Below are positions 10,799-19,673 of a stretch of 64,000 nucleotides of DNA, piece by piece. This stretch comes from Candidatus Poribacteria bacterium. GTDB lineage: Bacteria > Poribacteria > WGA-4E > WGA-3G. The position numbers and the translations under genes are program-made. The stretch lies in assembly GCA_965215265.1 (NCBI GenBank), contig OZ244048.1, positions 4,480,001 to 4,544,000 of the forward strand. Direction: 5' to 3'. Positions within the stretch are counted from its first letter, which is position 1. Each line of letters begins with the position of its first letter. Under the pieces are notes generated by a model that was not told where the DNA came from, made no database searches, and saw nothing but the letters and a program-made list of their open reading frames with translations.

Positions 10799-11353
10799 TT
10801 AATCCACTACAGCGACGGATTGATGTACATAGGACCCACCAGACGGGGAGCGGTATTGGTCAAGACTTGCAAGCCCGTCACATCCAGAATTGTCTAGTTT
10901 AGACTCGATGTCATCATAACTAAAGTTGAGCAGCTGGCTCTCATTGCCACCGCTGTACCTGACAACGTGTGTGTCTCTTATTTTACGATTCACGTACCGC
11001 CTCCATTCTCTGCCCTCATGGAGAGGATACCGATTATTCGCTGACGCAGAGATGGAGTAGTATCCTGATTTACTCCATCCCCAACCGGTATACACTTTAG
11101 CATAGCCTTCATATTCTATGCCGTACCTCCGGATGTACCAGGCTTCTCCTGGATAATCCACGTCGACTTGAGTCCAAGCAGTGGTTTTCAACGTGCCAGC
11201 TTCATCTTCAAACTTCCGTCTCCCGAACACCCCATGCTAAGGTTCTCCCACCATCTTTATGTTATCAACCTCATTCTTCACATTATTGTAAGCCCAGATA
11301 GATGTCCCACCGAACAAGGCTAACAGTAGGACATAAGACAGTATACGTTTCAT
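10799..11353 (-). pseudogene. Secreted hypothetical protein with in-frame amber stop
   Basis: GGAGGG RBS, ATG at 11353 and a signal peptide; TAG at 11237-11239 (codon 39), then continues as ORF 10799-11230. Confidence 0.75.
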
Positions 11354-11363
11354 AATTTCCCTC

Positions 11364-12110
11364 CTAAGGTAGGTCTAAAAATGTGTAGGGATCAATACCC
11401 CCTTCTTCATAGGAAAGCACTTTTATGTCTGATGGAATGTCCGCTTCGGTGAAACGGACTCCTCTCTCCTCTTCAATAGCTCGAATCCGATCGCAAGCAT
11501 CTGGACCGCCTGACATGTCGCTGATATATTTTCTACGGCCATTGTCAGCCCATTTGACATAGACAGTGCCTAAAATCATTGGGTATACCAAACCGTTCTC
11601 CATTATGGAGCCTATAACATCTACCCCTTGATGTGCCAGTTTTATCTCAACGCGTGCCATGAGTTCATGGTCTGCGGAGATGCATGGCCATGTCTCATCG
11701 ATGGGCCATCCTGCAGGTAATTCGGGATAGGGTCCAAAGCCATAGGGCGAGATGAGCGTCTCCGCCGTATCTTCTTGCACGTCATCCGGTAAGAACGGCT
11801 CCGCGATGTCAAGGGTCTCGGGCTCGTTGGAGACCGCCGCAGGCTCATCGGACATCGGTGTGTCGGTGTTTTCCTCGGGCGTGTCTACAAAACCGGGTGT
11901 CTCATTCGCTGCTGGAACGCTAACCGCTTGTGCAGGGGGCGTCTTGTTTTCATTCTCAAGCGTTTGCACGAGGCGTTTTATCGGTGCCAGTTTCGCTGCC
12001 GTGGTGCGTCTGACGTGCCAACTATAAAGTTGAACGCCTCCAACAACCAGCACGAAGAAAAAGAGTCCGGCTTGAATAGCACGGCTTGAAAACAAATCCC
12101 TCAACATCAT
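11364..12110 (-). CDS. GFGPYPE-motif membrane-anchored protein, paralog 3 (chimeric)
   Basis: N-half nearly identical to 9661-10413, C-half nearly identical to 8066-8593. Confidence 0.85.
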   Translation of the reverse strand: MMLRDLFSSRAIQAGLFFFVLVVGGVQLYSWHVRRTTAAKLAPIKRLVQTLENENKTPPAQAVSVPAANETPGFVDTPEENTDTPMSDEPAAVSNEPETLDIAEPFLPDDVQEDTAETLISPYGFGPYPELPAGWPIDETWPCISADHELMARVEIKLAHQGVDVIGSIMENGLVYPMILGTVYVKWADNGRRKYISDMSGGPDACDRIRAIEEERGVRFTEADIPSDIKVLSYEEGGIDPYTFLDLP

Positions 12111-12390
12111 ATCACCTCTCTCATATTAGCCCTCTGTTTGTGAGATTATAGAAATGTCATATTTGACTTCAAATCTCTATGGATGAAACAGAAAAATCAA
12201 TCCATACCATCCAGCCGGAAACCGCCTGTCCTTTCTCGCGTAGGCAAGAAAGAGCGGACATTTCGTACAAGGGAGTAATCTCCCCATCCCGATACGAGCG
12301 GTGAACCCACTGGTGCAAAATTGAAGTTTCTCTCTTCTCAATTCGCAGGAGATGTAAGAAGTATAACCGCTCTCCTACATTAAATTCAAC

Positions 12391-12731
12391 TAAAAACAAC
12401 AATTCTCGTCTATCTTCTTGTTTTGCGTTCAAAACAGAAGAATATCCGAGGCAACTTAGGGCGCGTAAGGAGTTCTCGTTATCTTGTATTGTATTAGCGA
12501 GATGTCGTTGTTTCCAAATCTCATCACACGCGCCGTTGCTGATTCAATAATATGCAAGCTCTATGCCAATTCGCCTTACGATTCTGGGGACATCGCGAAC
12601 GCACCTCAATTCGGTGCGTTGGGACATCTTAAAAACCTTAGGGCCACGCAGGTTTAGACGAGATGGAGGCATCGCTAGCTGCCGTTGAAGGTTTAGAAGT
12701 GAAATCGGGCCGTTGGACGGATAAAAATGGA
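12391..12731 (-). repeat. Cassette promoter/leader module, copy
   Basis: Near-identical to ~19230-19569 and partly to 13962-14145. Confidence 0.9.
12553..12568 (-). promoter_or_regulatory. Sigma54 -24/-12 promoter
   Basis: TGGCATAGAGCTTGCA matches TGGCAC-N5-TTGCW with correct spacing. Confidence 0.75.
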
Positions 12732-12791
12732 TGCAAAGATAAGCATCATTAGAGGGAAACTGGCCATCACGGATGGGGGTTTCTACACGCG

Positions 12792-13394
12792 TTATTGGAT
12801 TGGCGGAGACTTCTTGATTGCTTTTATCTCTTCTAATCCTTTGCGGTTCGCTTCACTCGGATAGAAAAAGTATAACAATTCATGCAGAACGATCGCTTCA
12901 TCTAGAAGGATACCTTCCTCTTCTTGAGATCTATGATATAAATCAATGAATTGCTCAATTTCTGGAATCTCACCATGTTTTTCTATTAGTCCCTTTCTTA
13001 TAGCCTCTTTATTGGAGGCAGTTGTCGGAGGAAGCTCCCAGGCAGGGACGGCTGGAACCGTGTTTATCTCTTCATCCTTTGTCCACACAGGCTCCTTATC
13101 CGCTGTTAAGGCGGAGGACAATGGGGTGTCGTTGTCTGTCTCTATAGACGGTGTGTCTGTTTCCGCGGTTGATGTCCTATTCGGAGGAGGGTGTGGGGGT
13201 TCACTGATATCTTCATCATCTTCTATAAAGGCAGCATCGGGTTTTTCTGTTGTCCGCTCCTTTACAAGCGGGGTTTGCTCCTTTACAGGGACTATGGGTA
13301 AACTCTTCTCAAAATGTTTATTATCAATATGAATATAGATAGCAAAGGCACTACATAAGAGAATAATAAAAACACAAAGTAAAATGACTCGCAT
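12792..13394 (-). CDS. Membrane-anchored acidic hypothetical protein (partner-type)
   Basis: N-terminal TM, acidic/Pro/Thr linker, helical C-terminal domain. Confidence 0.75.
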   Translation of the reverse strand: MRVILLCVFIILLCSAFAIYIHIDNKHFEKSLPIVPVKEQTPLVKERTTEKPDAAFIEDDEDISEPPHPPPNRTSTAETDTPSIETDNDTPLSSALTADKEPVWTKDEEINTVPAVPAWELPPTTASNKEAIRKGLIEKHGEIPEIEQFIDLYHRSQEEEGILLDEAIVLHELLYFFYPSEANRKGLEEIKAIKKSPPIQ

Positions 13395-13568
13395 AGGATG
13401 TTTTCCTTGTAAAGCATTAATGCTCGAGGGTCAGGTAAGACACCTTGCAGAGTATCTTACCTGATCTGTTGAGGGTGATAAAATACCATCCTTGTAAAAA
13501 AACAGAGGTTGGTTGTCTGAATCGTCATCCATAGATTGTTACCAGTTCTTTTCACGCGCCTTGGGGTA

Positions 13569-13868
13569 TTAGCCCCACTGGCCCCCGCCATTACACATGG
13601 CACTATTAAATTCGTGGTAGACTACTGTCGTGTATTTAATGTCTGTACTACCATTCGCATGCCACCAATGGGTCGTCGTTGAGTTGTGAGAACCCAGATA
13701 TTGTATGTAACAGACATTGCTACTCTCATTATTACCTACATGATGCTCTTTATAATAGGTTCTAATCCGAATATGATACGTCTCCGCTTCCGCCTCCTTG
13801 ATGTTTACGATAGATGCGAATGGGATTGCGAATAAAACGATTATTAAAATGACAAAAATGCGTTTCAT
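13569..13868 (-). CDS. Small secreted His/Tyr-rich protein with two Cys
   Basis: AGGAG RBS, signal peptide ending AEA; three N-X-S/T sequons. Confidence 0.75.
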   Translation of the reverse strand: MKRIFVILIIVLFAIPFASIVNIKEAEAETYHIRIRTYYKEHHVGNNESSNVCYIQYLGSHNSTTTHWWHANGSTDIKYTTVVYHEFNSAMCNGGGQWG

Positions 13869-13915
13869 CCTTAAATTCTCCTTTTTATTCCTTGGTTTTC
13901 TCTAATATCAATTTG

Positions 13916-14200
13916 TAGGAGATGCAAATGATATTATCATATCCCCTACATGAAAGTCAATTAAAAACAACAATTCTCGTCTATCTTCTTGTTTTGCGTT
14001 CAAAACAGAAAAATATCCGAGCCAACCTAGCGCGCGTCAGGAGTTCTCGTTATCTTATATTGTACTAGCGAGATGTCGTTGTTTCCAAATCTCATCACAC
14101 GCGCCGTTGCTAATTGAATAATGTGCAATATCTATGACAATTCACCGCACTATAAAGTAGACATCGAAAACGCGTGGGCACCGCAGGGCAAACCAAATTC
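13916..14200 (-). repeat. Cassette promoter/leader module, copy (sigma54 site degenerate, TGTCATAGATATTGCA at 14124-14139)
   Basis: Matches 19187-19410 and 12391-12575. Confidence 0.85.
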
Positions 14201-14353
14201 CCAATGGCTTAGTTCTCTTGATTATACAGCCTTGAAGCCTCGGCGGTGCCACGTGGATTTAGCAGGAATGGGTAGGCGTGTCTTTTACGGGTTTGGCGAT
14301 GACCTCAAATGTGAAAAGTGTGCGAGTGAAGGTGAGAGGGTTTGCGAGCATGT

Positions 14354-16498
14354 TTATTGCCGTTGTAACTCCTTGTCTATTTCAGGGAAGCCTGTTTTGA
14401 GGTATTTTGGATGGCTTTCGATGTCCGGCGGGTAGTGTATCTCCCATATCTTCACGTCCGATTCCGCAAAATTACGGGACGGGTAAACTGGGACAAACGC
14501 ATCGCTCAATTGCTGCCGCAGAACCGAGTCCCTTGAATCCTTTTTTGTTAGCAGCACGTGTGTTGCACCGTGTGTTTTTAGGAATTCAAGCACTTCTCGC
14601 TCTTCCTGTGCATTGTGGACATGCTGGTTATAGAGATATATCCAATGCTGGAGGTAGGTGTCCTGGTCTATGATGGTTTTGACACCTGCGATGACGTTGA
14701 GTTGGCTACCATACGCCCAATGTGCGGCGACAATAGGGAGGTCTTTCTCCATCACTTTCCGCACGAGAAACGTCTTCATCCAGAGGAACGCCGCGTTGAC
14801 TCGTGTGTATCCGGGTATCGGTTTACGCATCTGTTTTGCTGCATAGAGTGAACGATAGGTGTGTGCATGTTGCAGTGGCAGGAACATCAGCAGGATGGAG
14901 AGTATCGTGGCGGTTCCTGTTTTTAGAACAATCGGTTTGAAGGTTTCCCGAAACTTATCTGTGACATACACAGAATGCCAGAGCCGTTCACTGAGCGTCT
15001 CTCCGATGCAATGAATCAACGCCGCGGCCCCAAACGCAAGGGCAACACCGATAAAGAAGTCATAGCGTTTCGCGTCACGGGAGAGTGACACCCAAACAAG
15101 AAACCAGACAGTGAAAGCAATGAAAATGATTTCTGATGAGTTGAGCTTGTTTTTACATTGCCATGCGACAAACAGGAGTGCGATGACACATCCACCCATC
15201 GCAACGCAAAAAAGGGCGTTGCCAAAAGGTTCGCCCCAGAGTTTATCTAACGGTTGCCGAAAAAAGGAAAAGGCTGTAAAGAGTGCCATCGGTATAGAGA
15301 AGATAAGCCCCAGTTTTTTCCACAGAAGCAGGGGGATAATGACGAATCCGAGACTTCCGAAAATAAAGACGGTGCCGTAGCGGGCGACCCAATACCTGAA
15401 ATGTGGTGCCCTGAGCTCTGTCATCTTTTGCATAAGTGCGTTTTGGCTCAAGGAGACGGTGGTATCGGCGAAGGTGCTGTGTTGTATGTAAATATAACTG
15501 AGTGCGAGGCTGATGCTTCCAAGTGTTAATCCAAGTGCGAGGGTGCGGGCGTGTGGGAGAAAGAAGTCTACTTTTGACAGGATCAGGTGCCGGAGTGCAC
15601 GCATCCCTAATAAAATAAGTGGGGATACAAGCACAAAAACAGCGAGGTGCTCGGAAAAGCCATATCCGCTCCGATAGGCAGGGGAAGCGAAGTAGAGCGT
15701 TGGGACAAAGCTCAACACCCAAAGCAGGTAGTGCCCTAAGCCCGCCTCTGTTTCGGAAGCGAGAAACCGCCAGAGTTCAACACAAAGCATGATGCTGAGG
15801 AATACGCCAAAACCTTCCCAAGAGATACCACCGAGGAAGACAGTAAAACCACTGGCGAGTGTCCACAATAGCTTGTGGTGAGGACGCTCAGTGCATACAG
15901 ACATCAGATAAATTATGAGAGCGAGAATGCCAATCATCAGACAAAATGCGTCTCTATCTCCGAATCCGGCGGTACTGCGTTCAATGCTGCCAGGGAGCGT
16001 TGCCAAAAGCACCCCTGCGACGCTGGAAAAGAGAAATCCGTAGGCGTAGTAAAGAAACAGGCAGAGTGCACCGAGGCCGACGCAAAAGCAGACAACAGGC
16101 ATGTAGAGGGCAACGTGATAAAGTGTGACGTTGGGAAACCCCGGGGCAATGGCTTTATGGGTGTAAGCGAGGACGTAACCGTAGAGGTTTAGCGTCTGGC
16201 CTAAATCTCTACCGAGGGGTAGCCATCGGTGCATATCCCGTTCGGGGAGCCGCCCGTGTTCGGAGACAAGTTGTGCCTGCCAATAGTAGAAATAGGCATC
16301 GGTTTCGGTGAATTGCCCGGGAGGGAATTGTTCTACGCCTTGGATGCGTATCCAGAACGCGAGCAGCACAACGCAGAGGAAAAACGCAGCCAAGCTTATG
16401 TTAAGGAGTGACGGAGTGTTTTTGGATGAAACTTTCAAGTTGTGTGGCAATCTCCAGGTCTGATTGTTTGATCCGGCGGAGTCCCTCTTCGAGTCCAT
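14354..16498 (-). CDS. STT3/PglB/AglB-like oligosaccharyltransferase (GT-C fold)
   Basis: Many TM segments; ETDAYFYY, GFGDRD (DxD), KMTE (TIxE-like), HWAYG (WWDYG-like) in the canonical order; true start may be TTG at 16438. Confidence 0.8.
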   Translation of the reverse strand: MDSKRDSAGSNNQTWRLPHNLKVSSKNTPSLLNISLAAFFLCVVLLAFWIRIQGVEQFPPGQFTETDAYFYYWQAQLVSEHGRLPERDMHRWLPLGRDLGQTLNLYGYVLAYTHKAIAPGFPNVTLYHVALYMPVVCFCVGLGALCLFLYYAYGFLFSSVAGVLLATLPGSIERSTAGFGDRDAFCLMIGILALIIYLMSVCTERPHHKLLWTLASGFTVFLGGISWEGFGVFLSIMLCVELWRFLASETEAGLGHYLLWVLSFVPTLYFASPAYRSGYGFSEHLAVFVLVSPLILLGMRALRHLILSKVDFFLPHARTLALGLTLGSISLALSYIYIQHSTFADTTVSLSQNALMQKMTELRAPHFRYWVARYGTVFIFGSLGFVIIPLLLWKKLGLIFSIPMALFTAFSFFRQPLDKLWGEPFGNALFCVAMGGCVIALLFVAWQCKNKLNSSEIIFIAFTVWFLVWVSLSRDAKRYDFFIGVALAFGAAALIHCIGETLSERLWHSVYVTDKFRETFKPIVLKTGTATILSILLMFLPLQHAHTYRSLYAAKQMRKPIPGYTRVNAAFLWMKTFLVRKVMEKDLPIVAAHWAYGSQLNVIAGVKTIIDQDTYLQHWIYLYNQHVHNAQEEREVLEFLKTHGATHVLLTKKDSRDSVLRQQLSDAFVPVYPSRNFAESDVKIWEIHYPPDIESHPKYLKTGFPEIDKELQRQ

Positions 16499-16809
16499 AT
16501 TGCTTTATCAGTTCAGCGGGTTTTCGGTACGCAGTCGCCTGTTTTTGCAGTTTTTCGTGACGTTGTCGAAATGCCGCCAACTCTTGGGGGGATCTCTCGG
16601 CGCAGTACCCGCAGTTTTTCGAGGCTGTCTTTGCGGGGGAGTGTCTGTCTGCACGAAGTCCGAACACAGCCGGTGCCGGTGCGATGACAGCCGTTGACGT
16701 GCGGTGTGTGCATTGGAAGTGTACCGGTGGCATAACTGACAAAGATTGCGATGATGCTGCCGAGTGCAGCGTGGCGATACTGTATAAAAAATGCGTGTCT
16801 TTCATTCAA
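16401..16809 (-). pseudogene. Probably frameshifted small protein (N-terminal TM; CxxC; helical C-terminus)
   Basis: A TM-like N-terminus (16513-16809 frame) and CGYC…YGLEEGLRRIKQ C-terminus (16401-16805 frame) lie in different frames. Confidence 0.45.
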
Positions 16810-16818
16810 AATTCCTTC

Positions 16819-17433
16819 TTAATCGGGCGGTGTATAGCCGTATTCGGCAAGTCGATCTAAAAAGGTTTTCCAGGCCTGGTCTAGAAGTTCAGGATTTTCG
16901 GTGACGATGGTTTGAAGTTCAGGAGGGAAGGAACTCTCCAAATTTCTATAAACTTGGTTTAGAAAAACCTTTCGTTTGGCCTCCTCAGCAAGTTTGCGGG
17001 TTGCCTCCGCATCAGATTCTTGCTCAGAAGATGTCGGAGAATCTGATGTACTTTGAGTTGTTGATGTGGAGGTTTCATTTTTTTGGGTGGAGTTGCTAAC
17101 CTCCTCAATGAAAGATCCCCTTGTCGATATCGGGGTTGTAGGAGTTTCAGAACCTGAATCTGCATTCGTAATTACCACGGTGCTTCCGGCGGTAAACCTC
17201 TTTTCTTCCACCGTGCCAGCTAGCGGCAGCGATACAGTTCCCTTATATACCTTTATCGGTTCTGTGGATTTCAGCTGAATGAGTCTAGGATAACGGCTTA
17301 AAATCACAGAGAAAGAAAGGGGAAGAAGAGAGATGTCTAACAAAATGCAAAAGTGTAGAGGTATCCGTTTTATCCGTATCCTGAACGGCGCGAGTTCGGA
17401 CTCTGGGCGATCCCGTAATTTACGTAAATCTAT
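16819..17433 (-). CDS. Partner protein B (TM + Ser/Thr-rich linker + conserved helical C-terminal domain); start codon apparently ATA
   Basis: C-terminus PPELQ…NPELLDQAWKTFL…GYTPP is paralogous to 17938-18654; AAGGAG RBS precedes ATA at 17433, in frame with ORF 16819-17343. Confidence 0.65.
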   Translation of the reverse strand: MDLRKLRDRPESELAPFRIRIKRIPLHFCILLDISLLPLSFSVILSRYPRLIQLKSTEPIKVYKGTVSLPLAGTVEEKRFTAGSTVVITNADSGSETPTTPISTRGSFIEEVSNSTQKNETSTSTTQSTSDSPTSSEQESDAEATRKLAEEAKRKVFLNQVYRNLESSFPPELQTIVTENPELLDQAWKTFLDRLAEYGYTPPD

Positions 17434-17508
17434 TTTTCTCCTTTGTAGAAGGGCAGCGAGACGTATCAGTCTGTCTCACCGCCCTCACAAAAAAACTAAA
17501 GAAAGTCA

Positions 17509-17893
17509 TTAACTACAACCACCGCTGTCGGCCCCATCGTCAAGGTGTTCCTCTAAACAGTCATTATAAGTGCACAATTTGTTCAAATATGTGGTTCCGG
17601 CAATGGCTAAATTGATTGTGGCGGCGGTAAAAGCTGCGGCTGCTATGGCTATAGCTTTTGGATTAAACGATTTTTATCGCCGCCGCGAGTATGGCTTCTG
17701 CCGTTATATAGGCTATTATTGCTGTGGCGTAACTTCCAGAAGCCTCTACCATCGCCTCATATTCGGATAGACAAATCTGCCCGTCCTCGTTTTCACAATC
17801 CGCTTCAATTAGAGTCGTGGCGGCGGTAAAAAACATGATACATAACACGAAAAAACTTATCGTGCTGAGTAGGTTTGAATTCACCTTTGGCAA
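17509..17893 (-). pseudogene. Secreted Ala-rich Cys-bracketed peptide B, frameshifted
   Basis: Removing one base in the run at 17671-17675 gives …AAAIKSFNPKAIAIAAAAFTAATINLAIAG…YNDCLEEHLDDGADSGGCS*. Confidence 0.75.
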
Positions 17894-17937
17894 TTGTATG
17901 GGCCTAAAGCCACAAGTTAATGGACCTTTCTCGGAAT

Positions 17938-18654
17938 TTACCGTGGAGGTTTATATCCTTGCTCAACGAGTAACTGTAAAAAGATTTTCCACCCTTGTTC
18001 GACAAGTTCAGGATTTTGGTTAACGTGCTCTTGAAGTCCGGGCGGTGCTTGACTAACCATTCTGTCTTTTGTCTCTCTCAAGAACGCACGTTGTTCTTGC
18101 GGAGAAAGCGTGTTTAAATGCTCCAAAATGTAAGGAACGACTTCAGCTATTGCAGCTTTAGCCTCTTCTTGTATCTCAACACTTTCTGCTAAAGCCTCGT
18201 CAATTTCCGCATTCCACGCTTCCAAAGCTGCCCGTTCAGCACCCCTTCTTTCGTTTGCAACTTCATCATCCGTGTTTGCAGCTTCATCGTCCGCGTTTAC
18301 AGATTCGTTTGGAATTGTTGGTGTCCTTTCACTATCCGTTTCTCGCGATTCCTGATTTAAAGGCATTTCTACGTCTTCTGTTTCTCGCGATTCCTGATTT
18401 AAAGGCATTTCTACGTCTTCTGTTTCGATGAGAACCTCTTCACTTGAATTTACCGATGTTTCCTCATCCACATTCGGCGGGGATTTTTGAATTATCTTAT
18501 ACACCTTTCTCGGAGCCCTTGTTTGGTTTCTCTTTTCGAGATGACCTTGAATGAAAATCCAACTCATTGTGATTAACATAACGGGAGTTAGAATTATGAA
18601 TACAGGTCTCCATTTTTTTTTAATTCTTTTTTCGTATTCCTGACTAGTCTCCAT
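17938..18654 (-). CDS. Partner protein A (TM + acidic linker + helical C-terminal domain)
   Basis: Intact 238-aa ORF with RBS; paralog of the 16819 gene. Confidence 0.8.
   Translation of the reverse strand: METSQEYEKRIKKKWRPVFIILTPVMLITMSWIFIQGHLEKRNQTRAPRKVYKIIQKSPPNVDEETSVNSSEEVLIETEDVEMPLNQESRETEDVEMPLNQESRETDSERTPTIPNESVNADDEAANTDDEVANERRGAERAALEAWNAEIDEALAESVEIQEEAKAAIAEVVPYILEHLNTLSPQEQRAFLRETKDRMVSQAPPGLQEHVNQNPELVEQGWKIFLQLLVEQGYKPPR
18338..18426. repeat. 42-bp perfect tandem duplication within partner A
   Basis: Encodes ETEDVEMPLNQESR twice. Confidence 0.9.
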
Positions 18655-18746
18655 GCTTATGATTCCTTTCTAAATTTTAGGTTGAACGTATTCTCTCTAC
18701 CTAGAGTAGAGAGAATACTCTAGATGGTTTTCTAGCGTGAGGGTTG

Positions 18747-19166
18747 TTAAAATGTGACTCTAAGTATTAGAATCACAGCCCCAGAATCATCTACCTCGGG
18801 CGGATCGTGTTCGTTTTCGCAGTCATAAAGAGCTCGGCGTGCAGTTTCAAGTTTCGCAGACTCATTAGCAAGATGTGCCACGGCGAGTGCTTTGGCTGCA
18901 GCAAGCCCGGCTACTGCCCACCACTGCCCAGATGCTATAGCCGCCATGAGTGCTACATGCGCAGCTAGCACGTACCCTCCCGCGATATATACAGCGTTTT
19001 CTGCATCCTTTACTGCTTGTCTTTCAGTTTCGCAATGCTCCGCAATCACAGAGCCTATGAGAAACGCCATCGTAAATAGAACAATCAGGCTAATTACCGC
19101 AAGCAGGTTTGAGTTCACCTTTGGCAATTGTATGGGTCTAAGTACCCAAGTTAATGTGTTTGTCAT
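18747..19166 (-). CDS. Secreted Ala-rich Cys-bracketed peptide A (C-terminus probably frameshifted)
   Basis: AGGAG RBS; signal peptide shared with peptide B; one extra G in the run at 18779-18782 would give DDSGGCDSNT* ending at 18760. Confidence 0.75.
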   Translation of the reverse strand: MTNTLTWVLRPIQLPKVNSNLLAVISLIVLFTMAFLIGSVIAEHCETERQAVKDAENAVYIAGGYVLAAHVALMAAIASGQWWAVAGLAAAKALAVAHLANESAKLETARRALYDCENEHDPPEVDDSGAVILILRVTF

Positions 19167-19186
19167 GAGATTCTCCTATTATTTTC

Positions 19187-19569
19187 TAGGAGATACGAAT
19201 GATATTATCATATCCCCTACATGAAAGTCAACAAAAGACTACAATTCTTATCTTCTTGTTTTGCGTTCAAAACAGAAGAATATCCGAGGCAACCTAGCAC
19301 GCGTAAGGAGTTCTCGTTATCTTATATTGTACTAGCGAGATGTCGTTGTTTCCAAATCTCATCACACGCGCCGTTGCTGATTCAATAATAAGCAATCTCT
19401 ATGCCAATTTGCCTTACGATTCTGGGGACATCGCGAACGCACCTCAATTCGGTGCGTTGGGACATCTTAAAAACCTTAGGGCCACGCAGGTTTATACGAG
19501 ATGGAGGCATCGTTAGCTGCCGTTGAAAGTTTAGAAGTGAAATCGGTCCGTTGGACGGATAAAAATGGA
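19187..19569 (-). repeat. Cassette promoter/leader module, most complete copy
   Basis: Matches 12391-12731 and 13916-14145. Confidence 0.9.
19391..19406 (-). promoter_or_regulatory. Sigma54 -24/-12 promoter
   Basis: TGGCATAGAGATTGCT. Confidence 0.75.
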
Positions 19570-19571
19570 AA

Positions 19572-19673
19572 CCCGCAAAAATTGTAGGGTGTCCGGTAAG
19601 AATAGGTGTCCATTCTGCAAAAATTGTAGGTTATTTTGCGAGAAGGGGATGTGTGGCCCGCAAAAATTGCTGG
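19572..19673. promoter_or_regulatory. Three phased direct repeats GCAAAAATTG(TAGG), candidate enhancer (UAS)
   Basis: Copies start at 19575, 19617 and 19660 (42-43 bp spacing) between divergent sigma54 promoters. Confidence 0.5.

Noticed and set aside
9605-11239. Amber readthrough (pyrrolysine) at two in-frame TAGs
   Set aside because: One TAG replaces Trp in a signal peptide, nearby lesions include TAA and frameshifts, and no pyl genes are seen; ordinary nonsense mutation is simpler
12169-12432. 87-aa ORF, and ORFs 14121-14435 and 19476-19712
   Set aside because: They overlap the repeated non-coding promoter module and have no protein features
7671-19569. Integron cassette array or diversity-generating retroelement
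   Set aside because: No integrase or reverse transcriptase, no attC-like RYYYAAC/GTTRRRY pattern recognised, and paralog differences are not adenine-specific
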